The notes beneath the pieces are model-generated. The model was not told the DNA's origin and did no database searches. It saw only the letters and a program-made list of their open reading frames with translations. The position numbers were made by a program, and so were the translations under genes. A stretch of DNA of 35,300 nucleotides from Nemertoderma westbladi (lineage: Eukaryota > Animalia > Xenacoelomorpha): contig JAUCBJ010001470.1 of the NCBI GenBank assembly GCA_032718475.1, forward strand, positions 1 through 35,300. Reading direction: 5' to 3'. Shown here one piece after another: positions 1 through 11,729 of the stretch (position 1 is the first letter of the stretch; each line of letters starts with the position of its first letter).

Positions 1-361
1 CCCCCCCCCCCCTTAAGGGAAAGGGGCAGGTTATATTGGCATGTTATTCTGACCACAACAATAAACTCAAGTTTATATAACTTACATTACAATTTTATTT
101 TTTTTCGTAATCAGCTGTTATTTGCGTCGACTTTCCCCTGAAGAGCGATGAATTTTGATTGCGTCGAAACGAAATTCCCCCCATCCGGATTTCTTAAAAT
201 ACTTTCTTATTTTCAGGCGCAGTTTTTAAATAGGTCCAACTAATTTAGAAAATGTGATCTTATTGCTTGTCCGCTTGTATATATTATTCTGACTATCGAA
301 CTGTATCCAATTAAAATTGTTGTGAGTTTAATGATTTGTCTGATGGTTACTTTGCATACAG

Positions 362-479
362 CGGATGGATCCTGGGCTTTACAGCTGTTGGTGAGAATGT
401 GGCTGCTGGAGCTATTGTACTGGTTATCGCTGCTATGTTTACCATACAGGCCGTAATAAGTATTATTTTACTAAAGAAG
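362..479 (+). CDS. SCAMP: SCAMP penultimate exon variant A (last luminal loop + TM4), candidate mutually exclusive exon
   Basis: tttgcatacag| ... AAG|gtaaac; 118 nt, phase 2 to 0; encodes (S)GWILGFTAVGENVAAGAIVLVIAAMFTIQAVISIILLKK, resembling the SCAMP TM4 segment that precedes VHxxYR. Confidence 0.85.
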
Positions 480-956
480 GTAAACAACCCTTACCAGTCG
501 CCCATTAGCGATTGGCTCTCATTGGTGGATGACTCAACTCGATATCTGATTGGATAAATTATTGTGTTTTGCTTTACTTATCCACTTTTTCGCGCGACTA
601 TGTTTAATTGTAAAAAATATATGTAAAAATTTATATTTCTCTATAATTTAATTAATTATCTCGACTTATGAAAATGCCAGTTTCTCAACCTTCGGTTGTA
701 TTTCGATTTGTGCGCTTTTCATAGTTCTATGTCCTAATGCGTTTATTGTTTCGGTTATGCAATTCCTTAAATCATGCAACCTGTGTATAAAAGAAAACCT
801 GGCATACTTCATAATTATTATTATAGAACAAACATAAATTATAAGTTACCTGCTTCCGTCTGTTTTCTGTTTTTAAAAATACTTTTTAGTGACTTTATTG
901 AATTCTTCTGTTTTCCTTTTTTTTATACTCTGGGTTTTCCTTTCTCTGTTCCCCAG

Positions 957-1074
957 TGGGTGGCTCCTGGCCGTTCAGGTGATTGGCGAGAACGTGGCCG
1001 TTGGAATTATCATGTTCCTTCTCGCCGCCATGTTTACTTTCATCGCTATTGTCAGCGTCGTCATCCTTAAGAAG
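957..1074 (+). CDS. SCAMP: SCAMP penultimate exon variant B, candidate mutually exclusive exon
   Basis: long pyrimidine tract ...ttccccag| ... AAG|gtttgc; 118 nt, same phases as A; (S)GWLLAVQVIGENVAVGIIMFLLAAMFTFIAIVSVVILKK, 20/39 aa identical to A. Confidence 0.85.
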
Positions 1075-1622
1075 GTTTGCCGTTTCGCAGTTTATCTCAT
1101 AGCATGGGCTGGGCATGTCAGATCATTATATCGCATGGGCTGGGCATGTCAGATCATTATATCCAAATTATTTGTTAAAGTTTATGTCAAAAAAACATAA
1201 ATATTACCTGTTAAAGGGTAAATTGGAAGTATTCTTTTTTTCCCCCTAGAATACTGCATGTCACCCAAGAATAGTGAATGTCTCCCCACCCCGTACAGAC
1301 CCATCCCTCCCGGAATATAATAGCATTTCCCCTCTAGACTTTTTCAAGTTTCACAACTGTCAAATTATATATAACTGAATATCCACTATAATTGCTCTAT
1401 ATATATTCTGCTATATCAACTAATTGCTCTATATAATCTGCTATGTAATATCCACTAATTGCTCTATTTTATGGCTATCCACTAATTGCTCTATATATAT
1501 TTTTTCTGCTTTCTGCATGTTACGTTGTGTCCACTAACACCGCCGCATGGCTCCCTTTATATATTTATATTTAACTTTCCAATGTTTCCACTAATATTTT
1601 ATAATATATACTCTCTACACAG

Positions 1623-1740
1623 TGGGTTTATATCGTCTCTCGATCTATTTAAATCAGACAAGGGCGCTGGTTCATTCATGTTGGGTATTGCCTGCCTCTT
1701 CACTCTCATATCTGTTCTAGAGGTGCTTATTTTGGTTACG
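1623..1740 (+). CDS. SCAMP: SCAMP penultimate exon variant C (divergent), candidate mutually exclusive exon
   Basis: ctctctacacag| ... ACG|gtatgt; 118 nt, same phases; (S)GFISSLDLFKSDKGAGSFMLGIACLFTLISVLEVLILVT, 11/39 identical to A, no stops. Confidence 0.75.
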
Positions 1741-2573
1741 GTATGTCTTCACAGCATTATTTTATTTCAAAATAATAATATTTTCTGGCTATTTTACAAC
1801 TAATTGTACCTGATAAAACTGTGAAACTGTACAGTATAAAACTGAATTAACTTTCTTTCGTGGCTTCTAGAAATCACTTTCTTATCTATAATGGTTTAGT
1901 AATTAATTAACACAGATAAACATTTAATCTTTTAGTTTTCATTTAAAATAATTTGTTTTTATTTTGGGGTGTATTTTCAAAAATGAATTTAGGTATAGAC
2001 CCTACTAAATTTCTCACTCACTTTTCTACTATATACATATGTTTCATTAATAATTCATTTGGGTCGAGCCATGTCATAAGCGAAGACACATTATGGCGAT
2101 ATAGTATTGTCTAACGGTAGTTTCTTGCTCACACAGTTAGCCCCTTCATTTTAGTATTTCTTTCAAATGAATTCCTTTGTTAGACAAAACTTAACTATGT
2201 TAACTGTTAATTACTTGCACAGTTTGAATTTTATTTGGTTTATTTTAAATACATATTTTGGACATCCATCTGTAGCTCTTTTTTTCTGAAAGCTCTCTCC
2301 TGAAATCTTTCACCCCATAATGAGGAAGACCCCAGCAAAAGGTTTGCACCGCACCGTATATAAATGTTTATTGCTGACTATTACCATATAAATATTCATT
2401 TATACACATATTCATACACATCTTTCATTCGGCTATCATATTACGTTTTATTTATATTTACCTTAAAATATTTATATATAATATACATATTTAATATACT
2501 TAATATTCCTTTTTTTCCAACAAATTCATTACATGTACGTCCTTATTCTAGTTGTTAATTTTTATTTCTCATG

Positions 2574-5362
2574 GTTTCCCCACGTGCATTCATTCCATTT
2601 ACCTTTGTTTCCCGGGTGCATTCATTCCATTTACCTTTGTTTCCCCAGGTGCATTAATTCCATTTACCTTTGTTTCCCGGGTGCATTCATTCCATTTACC
2701 TTTGTTTCCCGGGTGCATTCATTCCATTTACCTTTGTTTCCCCACGTGCATTCATTCCATTTACCTTTGTTTCCCCAGGTGCATTCATTCCATTTACCTT
2801 TGTTTCCCCAGGTGCATTCATTCCATTTACCTTTGTTTCCCAGGTGCATTCATTCCATTTACCTTTGTTTCCTCAGGTGCATTCCATTTACCTTTGTTTC
2901 CCCAGGTGCATTCATTCCATTTACCTTTGTTTCCCAGGTGCATTCATTCCATTTACCTTTGTTTCCCCAGGTGCATTCATTCCATTTACCTTTGTTTCCC
3001 CAGGTGCATTCATTCCATTTACCTTTGTTTCCCCAGGTGCATTCATTCCATTTACCTTTGTTTCCCCAGGTGCATTCATTCCATTTACCTTTTGTTTCCC
3101 CAGGTGCATTCATTCCATTTACCTTTTGTTTCCCCAGGTGCATTCATTCCATTTACCTTTGTTTCCCCAGGTGCATTCATTCCATTTACCTTTGTTTCCC
3201 CAGGTGCATTCATTCCATTTACCTTTGTTTCCCCAGGTGCATTCATTCCATTTACCTTTGATCCCCAGGTGCATTCATTCCATTTACCTTTGTTTCCCGG
3301 GTGCATTCATTCCATTTACCTTTGTTTCCCGGGTGCATTCATTCCATTTACCTTTGTTTCCCCAGGTGCATTCATTCCATTTACCTTTGTTTCCCGACGT
3401 GCATTCATTCCATTTACCTTTGTTTCCCCACGTGCGTTCATTCCATTTACCTTTGTTTCCCGACGTGCATTCATTCCATTTACCTTTGTTTCCCGGGTGC
3501 ATTCATTCCATTTACCTTTGTTTCCCGGGTGCATTCATTCCATTTACCTTTGTTTCCCGGGTGCATTCATTCCATTTACCTTTGTTTCCCGGGTGCATTC
3601 ATTCCATTTACCTTTGTTTCCCCAGGTGCATTCATTCCATTTACCTTTGTTTCCCGGGTGCATTCATTCCATTTACCTTTGTTTCCCGGGTGCATTCATT
3701 CCATTTACCTTTGTTTCCCGGGTGCATTCATTCCATTTACATTTGTTTCCCCAGGTGCATTCATTCCATTTACCTTTGTTTCCCGGGTGCATTCATTCCA
3801 TTTACCTTTGTTTCCCCAGGTGCATTCATTCCATTTACCTTTGTTTCCCGGGTGCATTCATTCCATTTACCTTTGTTTCCCGGGTGCATTCATTCCATTT
3901 ACCTTTGTTTCCCCAGGTGCATTCATTCCATTTACCTTTGTTTCCCCAGGTGCATTCATTCCATTTACCTTTGTTTCCCCATGTGCGTTCATTCCATTTA
4001 CCTTTTGTTTCCCCAGGTGCATTCATTCCATTTACCTTTGTTTCCCGGGTGCATTCATTCCATTTACCTTTGTTTCCCCAGGTGCATTCATTCCATTTAC
4101 CTTTGTTTCCCCACGTGCATTCATTCCATTTACCTTTGTTTCCCGGGTGCATTCATTCCATTTACCTTTGTTTCCCGGGTGCATTCATTCCATTTACCTT
4201 TGTTTCCCCAGGTGCATTCATTCCATTTACCTTTGTTTCCCGGGTGCATTCATTCCATTTACCTTTGTTTCCCGGGTGCATTCATTCCATTTACCTTTGT
4301 TTCCCGGGTGCATTCATTCCATTTACCTTTGTTTCCCGGGTGCATTCATTCCATTTACCTTTGTTTCCCGGGTGCATTCATTCCATTTACCTTTGTTTCC
4401 CGGGTGCATTCATTCCATTTACCTTTGTTTCCCCAGGTGCATTCATTCCATTTACCTTTGTTTCCCCAGGTGCATTCATTCCATTTACCTTTGTTTCCCC
4501 ATGTGCGTTCATTCCATTTACCTTTTGTTTCCCCAGGTGCATTCATTCCATTTACCTTTGTTTCCCCAGGTGCATTCCATTTACCTTTGTTTCCCCAGGT
4601 GCATTCATTCCATTTACCTTTGTTTCCCCAGGTGCATTCATTCCATTTACCTTTGTTTCCCCAGGTGCATTCCATTTACCTTTGTTTCCCCAGGTGCATT
4701 CATTCCATTTACCTTTGTTTCCCCATGTGCGTTCATTCCATTTACCTTTTGTTTCCCCAGGTGCATTCATTCCATTTACCTTTGTTTCCCGGGTGCATTC
4801 ATTCCATTTACCTTTGTTTCCCCAGGTGCATTCATTCCATTTACCTTTGATCCCCAGGTGCATTCATTCCATTTACCTTTGTTTCCCCACGTGCATTCAT
4901 TCCATTTACCTTTGTTTCCCGACGTGCATTCATTCCATTTACCTTTGTTTCCCGGGTGCATTCATTCCATTTACCTTTGTTTCCCCAGGTGCATTCATTC
5001 CATTTACCTTTGTTTCCCGGGTGCATTCATTCCATTTACCTTTGTTTCCCGGGTGCATTCATTCCATTTACCTTTGTTTCCCGGGTGCATTCATTCCATT
5101 TACCTTTGTTTCCTCAGGTGCATTCATTCCATTTACCTTTGTTTCCCGGGTGCATTCATTCCATTTACCTTTGTTTCCCCAGGTGCATTCATTCCATTTA
5201 CCTTTGTTTCCCCAGGTGCATTCATTACATTTACCTTTGTTTCCCCAGGTGCATTCATTCCATTTACCTTTGTTTCCCCAGGTGCATTCATTCCATTTAC
5301 CTTTGTTTCCCGGGTGCATTCATTCCATTTACCTTTGTTTCCTCAGGTGCATTCCATTTACC
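2574..5362 (+). repeat. Minisatellite, ~85 copies of a 29-34 bp unit (consensus TTTGTTTCCCCAG|GTGCATTCATTCCATTTACC) spanning the SCAMP last 3' splice junction
   Basis: directly visible; 33-bp CCCAG units, 32-bp CCCGGG units, CAC/CAT/GAC variants and 29-bp exon-identical units; last unit runs into the coding exon. Confidence 0.97.
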
Positions 5363-5487
5363 GCAATACCGGCGCGAGTTTCACCAAGGCCCAGCAGGAG
5401 TTCGCGTCCGGTGTAATGACCAACCCCGGCGTCCGAACAGCCGCCGGCGAGGCGGTTTCCGGTGCAGTACGAGGCGGAAGGATGTAA
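5347..5487 (+). CDS. SCAMP: SCAMP terminal coding exon (secretory carrier membrane protein C-terminus)
   Basis: tttcctcag|GTG; [46 protein letters not shown], matching the SCAMP motif VHxxYRxTGASFxKAQQEFAxGVM; phase 0 fits the upstream 118-nt exons. Confidence 0.93.
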   Translation: MHSIYRNTGASFTKAQQEFASGVMTNPGVRTAAGEAVSGAVRGGRM

Positions 5488-5747
5488 GGACCTGACGGCT
5501 GCGTCCCTGGTGACGTCATTGGTGGTGGGTAAAACATTCTCTATGTATAACACTGCCACCTCGCGTTTCTAAAGGTTTCAGCCAAATTGTGTAATTCCGC
5601 TTTTTGCCGCTTTTGCAATCCATCATCTACCCGACATTATAAATGTTACGAGATTTACTCTAATAGGTGGTCTACATATGTCGTTATCCCCAATCTATAT
5701 TTATAGGGATTGGGAAGTAATATTGTTCGTAATATTACCATACAAGG

Positions 5748-5753
5748 AATAAA
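5748..5753 (+). promoter_or_regulatory. Possible polyadenylation signal of SCAMP
   Basis: AATAAA ~260 nt after the stop codon followed by a T/GT-rich tract; other AATAAA sites exist further downstream. Confidence 0.35.
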
Positions 5754-5794
5754 ACAACAATATTTTGTTTCTTTATTTTGTTTCTAGTCTTGGT

Positions 5795-6206
5795 AATCAT
5801 ACCTCAAGGCTGTGTCACCATTCCACCCAATCATACCTCAAGGCTGTGTCACCATTCCACCCAATCATACCTCAAGGCTGTGTCACCATTCCACCCAATC
5901 ATACCTCAAGGCTGTGTCACCATTCCACCCAATCATACCTCAAGGCTGTGTCACCATTCCACCCAATCATACCTCAAGGCTGTGTCACCATTCCACCCAA
6001 TCATACCTCAAGGCTGTGTCACCATTCCACCCAATCATACCTCAAGGCTGTGTCACCATTCCACCCAATCATACCTCAAGGCTGTGTCACCATTCCACCC
6101 AATCATACCTCAAGGCTGTGTCACCATTCCACCCAATCATACCTCAAGGCTGTGTCACCATTCCACCCAATCATACCTCAGGCTTTGTCACCATTCCACC
6201 CAATCA
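5795..6206. repeat. Minisatellite, 12 x 34 bp (AATCATACCTCAAGGCTGTGTCACCATTCCACCC)
   Basis: near-perfect tandem copies, only the last is degenerate. Confidence 0.97.
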
Positions 6207-9200
6207 CACTGTGTTGCATGCTTAATGCATGCATGCAGATAATGTTTATTATTTTATTTTGTTTCTAAACTTTAGACATTTAAATTAGGGTTCGTTAAAA
6301 CTATGATGTTATAATTTAACATAAGGAGGGGGGGGGGGGGGGGGGGGGGGTACGATAAAAATTTCAGAATTTTCCTTACTTTGTATTCGCGTGTATTTCT
6401 ATATTTTTTGCTGTTTCTCATATTCTTTATCCTGGATAATTTAAATTCAATGCGGGTGGTCGAATTAACTTTACTTTAATGTCAATCTACAGCAAACTAA
6501 ACTACAATCATTATTATTATTGTTGAGGCTGAGTGGATGGAAGTGGTTACAGTGGCAGGCTATGTTATTCGAACCAAATTAATAAATCGGAGAGTTAAAA
6601 GCACTTTTTTGCACTTCTAACGGTTGTTGGGAGTGCTTGTCGGCTTAACGTTACATTCGCAATACAGATCGCAGCTCCATGCGGGAAAGAATATCTCATG
6701 CACAAACTGGCCCGGTTTACTAGACTCACAAATAGAACCTAAAATACCCCATTAGAGACCAATACACTTTTCCATTTAGTATGTATCGTCTGTTAGTTAC
6801 CATGATTCAGTTTATTGTATTGCTTAGAAAATTACGACTCTGTGACCTGTTCCTTTCCCAAAATTGCAATCTGAATTTCATTAAGAATAAGGTAACTCGC
6901 GCCCATCAGAATTTCTGACCATGTTTTATTCCATATGAAATGAAGATACATGGTCTAACATTGCGTGACAGTCAGTCACTAACGTTGAGTGACGTTAGTA
7001 AAGTGGCGTGACAGTCAGTGAGGTTATGTGACACTGTTGGTGAAGCCCTTTTAAGCTTTAGTGGTGGACTGTTTTCGACTTTTGCGCTCAAGGTTCTGTG
7101 TTACCAAAGTTATTAATGTAATCAATGTTACTTAATAATTTCATTGTGGATAAAATTTTATTTCAACCTAATCAGTGACTGTTACAGTAATTGTTATTGT
7201 TTCAGGACTACTACGACCCACACTGTTGCTATTTAATCCCCCAAACACAATGGTTTATGTTATAGATCCTACAATTATCCACGTTCTCAACTCCTATTGG
7301 TTGCTATTCAGCCAATCACAGACTGTTCTTATATTATACTAATCAACTACATAATAACAACTGCAGTTAGTTTAAGCTCTTATAATATATTACTATTTAT
7401 TTGTTTGGTCGATTATCTGTTAATTGAATGTGTCAATTTTAGCAGTTAAAGTGTTCTAAAAATTACCAATTTATTCTAAAAATTACCAATTTATTATTAA
7501 GTATCAATTACTATTGTATGAATTTAAATGTCCCCCTCCATGTTTCAACAAAATTTTAAACTCATCAACTCTACATGTTGTGTAATTTACAGATAGATTT
7601 TGAATGTGTACTTTTCAGCACTGAGATATGGATTCAATTTATTGAATACTTACCGTTGTTTACATTTTTTACATATAGCTGTTAGTTTTAGAATTTCTGA
7701 TATATTATACGGAACAAATCTTTTTGAGATTAAAACAATTCATGTTTTACAGCGAAATTGTTGGTGCCACATTATTTGTGATTTAATATGTAACCCAATC
7801 GGTACAGAATCCATATGTTAGTTGCATTAGGTGAATTTACTTCACCGCTGACCAAATTGTATATAAATTTCTCAACTTCCGGTTGTTACATTTCAAAAAT
7901 ATGACGTCATACAAGAATTATGTATTTTTCTCTTTCTGTTTTTGCAGAATTTTTAGGTTATATTTAAATTTTAATTCAAATATTTATCGCATTAAATTTG
8001 GTAGCGGTGATTTATATTGCGGTCTCTTTACATCCATATCCATTGGGTTGTGAAATATAATTAAAATTAATGAAACCTTGATTGCTAGATTGCTAGTTTT
8101 TAATTTGTTTCTTAACAGATAATATTTAGGCTGCGTCTTAATCTGATATGTATAAATACAGTATAAGTCTATAAGGCTACTGTACCGCTTGTGTAGACTT
8201 CTTAGTTCATCTCATGTTATTATTCCATGTTTTTGTTTGTTTCCGTAATTAATTAGATATCAGTTACGTTCTATTTCGTACCTCCAAAACAACTGTATCA
8301 TCAAAACTTTGAACTTGAAGCCGTAGGAAATAAATGTTTGTAGTTTGTACTAAATTATTATCTGACGGTGTTGTTTGTAGGCAATTCCACCTTGTTACTT
8401 TGTAACTATTTATTAGGAATTATTATTCAGTTAGAATTTTCAGTTACTACCTTCTAACTGCATAGCGTGGTGCATTTATTTATTATTATAGTGTATAATC
8501 GACCAATTAATTACTGTTTCAGTAGGTCCTTCTTTCTGTGTTATTGTCCATACCCGCCGATTGTATCACATTTCCTACTCCAACACTCCAATTATTGAGG
8601 TTGTTTGGGGGCTAGAGTGTTTCCGGTATTATAGTACCGATAAATTTTAGGCCTACCTCCTCCAGCCACACAACTCTGTAATAAAGTTAACCGTTTATAA
8701 TATTAATCTACAACCTTAATAGTAATCGATTGTGATGTTTCTTTGGCAAAGATGGTTTTCTAGAATGGAAATATATTTTGTTTATTCGTATGAAATTAAT
8801 TTCGCGCTACCAAATCACCAGGACGACATATTTTCCAACTTTATATCGCAGTGCGACATCAGTATGCCCCGACGCCATACATTTTACTATGTATTTCCAG
8901 AATGTCACCGCGCCATTGTAAATATAACATTACGTGACGCCGTTCGAATACATAAACTATTTCACAATAATTCTAAATCTTGCGAAAATGAATCAGAATC
9001 GAACCAGCGGCCTTTACATTCGTAACCCGACGCGTTATCCCCTACGCTAATTTCGTACGAGAAAGAAAGTATATATAATTAGCATGTCATTCTATAAAGT
9101 GATTTTTTATGAACAATGACGTCAAATATAGCAAATATATCAAATTATCATTGTCGGTTGTTTCGACAAAGTATTAAAAAATGAAACCATTAAAACGCAC

Positions 9201-9764
9201 ATCCTGTACGTTATATAGCGAATATTAAAATATTCTGAGCTGTGGAATAACACAATCAATATTAATGCTTCTCCTATTTTTCATTTTATTTTAGTGAAGT
9301 GCAAGTGAATTGTGTAATCTGATGAGAATAAATTATTGTTGTGCTCGATGTTATTTAGTAATTTATGTGTTGCTGTACATTGTTAAAATCCCTCTAATGT
9401 TTTGTTTAATATATCGTTATCATTTTTTTCTGAGTGAGTTAATTATTCGTATAGCTTTATAACTAGTATATATATTTTATTTGGGGTAATTCGATTGTAG
9501 ATTGAACTAAATAATTCCCGTATGTATAATATTAAATAAATATGTATTGAATATTATTACTAAGCATTCTTCTTTACAGCTGTACACTCTGTCAGAGTAA
9601 TAAAGACATGACTGAGAATCAGGTACGAGCCTTAACTGGTTTTAGAGCGGTCCCATGTCCCATCGAATGTCCCATGTTAGGTGCCATCAACAGTTTCGTA
9701 ATTGAGAACGTATCCTGAACAGTGTTCACAGTGTTAAAAATTAGTCGTTTTATATGCAGTCTAT

Positions 9765-10050
9765 CTATATTCAGCAGGCTCCATTGCAGCTACGTTAAGA
9801 ATGGTATGCTGGCTTATCGACAAAATTGAGCCTCCACATGTCCCTATCACACAATGATTTTGGACAGTCCATTTAATGTTGTCCTGCCTTAAGCCTTCCC
9901 CATTCGAATTCACCGAATGTCTAAACGCACCATCAACCTTAGAATTTATGCTCATACGATCAGACATTTCCTGAGGACTTACGAAGCTATGTATCTGTCA
10001 AAATGTTGATCCTTTTCAGTCGAGTCAATCTAGCAAAAAAACCCATAAGT
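9765..10050 (-). mobile_element. Diverged, internally deleted copy of the RTE-like LINE family
   Basis: minus strand encodes SDRMSINSKVDG (cf. SDRMSISSKDG in the 12.7-14.1 kb copy) joined to gtgatagggacatgtggaggctcaattttgtcg...cattcttaa, matching the 3' part of the other two copies. Confidence 0.7.
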
Positions 10051-10852
10051 ATTTCGCAATCAATCCGAACCACACATTTTGGATTCTATATTACCTTATT
10101 AATGACCAAAAAAAAGTCTAACATTTTAGTTTGCGGATCATACTGTATGTTTATTCATGCTGCGTAAATTTGCATAACACAAGCCAAACAAAAGGAACAG
10201 TAGGGAAAAGTAAATAGCAAATCGGTGATGTTCCAGAATAATTTAATTAATTTCACAATAAGCTGTGATTCAATGGTGGGAATTTAGTAATATTTACACC
10301 GGCGTGTTACACATTAATTGCTATATCTCGGAAACTAGAAGCCGTATCAAATTTAAATCTAAATTAAATCTAAAATTTAAATATATCAATAACTTCACGA
10401 TATATTAAGGTAACTGTTGTAAAAAAATATACAATTCCACTGTAAGGAAATTTCATAATTTCCATTAATGTTAGTGAAGATTTTTCACATAATTAAATTG
10501 TGATTGCTCTATTGATTTTAGGTGTAATTTATTTATTTGTTTTAGTTTGAAAACCACAATAGTTTATCAAATAACAAATAATTTTTTTGGGGATAAGGGT
10601 TTTTGAGGTCGATAAATCCGATGGGCAAGGTTACATCCACCCGTTTAGTAGAGAAGTTGTATATTGTACCAGCAAAATTGGTATTAAAAATGGTTAAATT
10701 ATTAGAAAAATTTCCGTTGCATAACAACGGCCCGCTACATGAACCTTGCGGGACGCCTGACTTAACGTGTATGTATAGGCTACTGGTGCCGGTGAACTAG
10801 TAAATATGATATCGTGTTGTGCATTCTCTTTGACCTTGCTTTTCTGTGATGT

Positions 10853-11666
10853 ATATCGATGGTGTTTTATCATAACCACTTAACACTCAAAAACCTAATT
10901 GTTCAGGGGAGCATTTTTCTACATTCTAATTCCCCTATGGTACCTAAGAGATAATTTTTGGTTTCATAAGGTAGATAATAAATCTTTCATGCGGTAAAAC
11001 AACACAATTAGGATTTTTAGTGACATTTAACCAATTTATCGATGTTTTTTGGGATTTGAGTGGTTATGCAAAATTTTTCACTTAAATTGTGATTTTTCAT
11101 AACGACATATCTATTAATATGTTAGGCATACGAACAAAACAATCAGTGAAATCTGTCTTTTCATGAACTGCTAACTATCTGTCCTCCTATCCATCACTTT
11201 CGGCTCCATAAAACCTGGACTTCATGTCCAATACAGTGCATTGTTTGAACAAACACAATTGCCGGTATTCAATTAAATGTCAATTAAAAATGTAAAATAT
11301 TTATTTAATCTGAAATCTGAAAAATCAGTCATGTAAAGAAGTACTTGTAGTAGTTACAATTCGAATTTCCCGCCCATTGATAGTATATTGAGTGACGAAT
11401 TTCAATCACCATCTCCTTATCTGTAATGATGGACTATGGGATTAAGTGGTTATGAAACAAAAAGCCGTTTCCCTTGACTTAATGTAAAATTGGCATTTGA
11501 GTGGTTATGCAATTTTCTGAAATGCGCTGTAACTCAAGCACACGCAACAACTAGGCTCTAATACTTTAATATAAGATTCGTAGAAGTCTAAATATGCCAA
11601 AAAACACCAAAACTCTATTTTGACAAAAATTACATTTGAGTCGTTATGATAAAACACCATCGATAT
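10853..11666. mobile_element. Non-autonomous TIR element (MITE-like)
   Basis: perfect 24-bp inverted repeat atatcgatggtgttttatcataac (10853-10876) / gttatgataaaacaccatcgatat (11643-11666); internal agtggttatg repeats; contains a smaller 19-bp inverted pair at 10884-11022. Confidence 0.65.
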
Positions 11667-11729
11667 GTTTGTAATTGTTATTTTGGACTTTATAACCGGG
11701 TTGGTCAATAAACTAACTATCTAACTACA

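Noticed and set aside
1102-1500. Short duplications between SCAMP exons B and C as selector elements
   Set aside because: A 31-bp dimer and a degenerate ~35-bp repeat; I could not find complementary partners by eye.
362-1740. Three consecutive constitutive exons adding extra TM helices
   Set aside because: Each starts in phase 2 and ends in phase 0, so they cannot be joined to one another in frame.
2533-5346. Very long ORFs (954, 726, 728 aa) and many minus-strand ORFs
   Set aside because: Products of a stop-poor minisatellite, open in several frames at once; only 5347-5487 has protein homology.
5765-6268. ORFs of 137-167 aa
   Set aside because: Translations of the 34-bp tandem repeat.
6328-6350. 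Poly-G/poly-C tracts (also 1-12, ~14525-14548, ~17931-17952, ~21189-21202)
   Set aside because: Simple homopolymers; G-quadruplex potential but no positional pattern I can support.
10720-10790. Minus-strand SGVPQGSCSGPLL, resembling a CR1/L2 RT motif
   Set aside because: Too short and without recognisable flanking RT motifs to list as an element; possibly a tiny relic.
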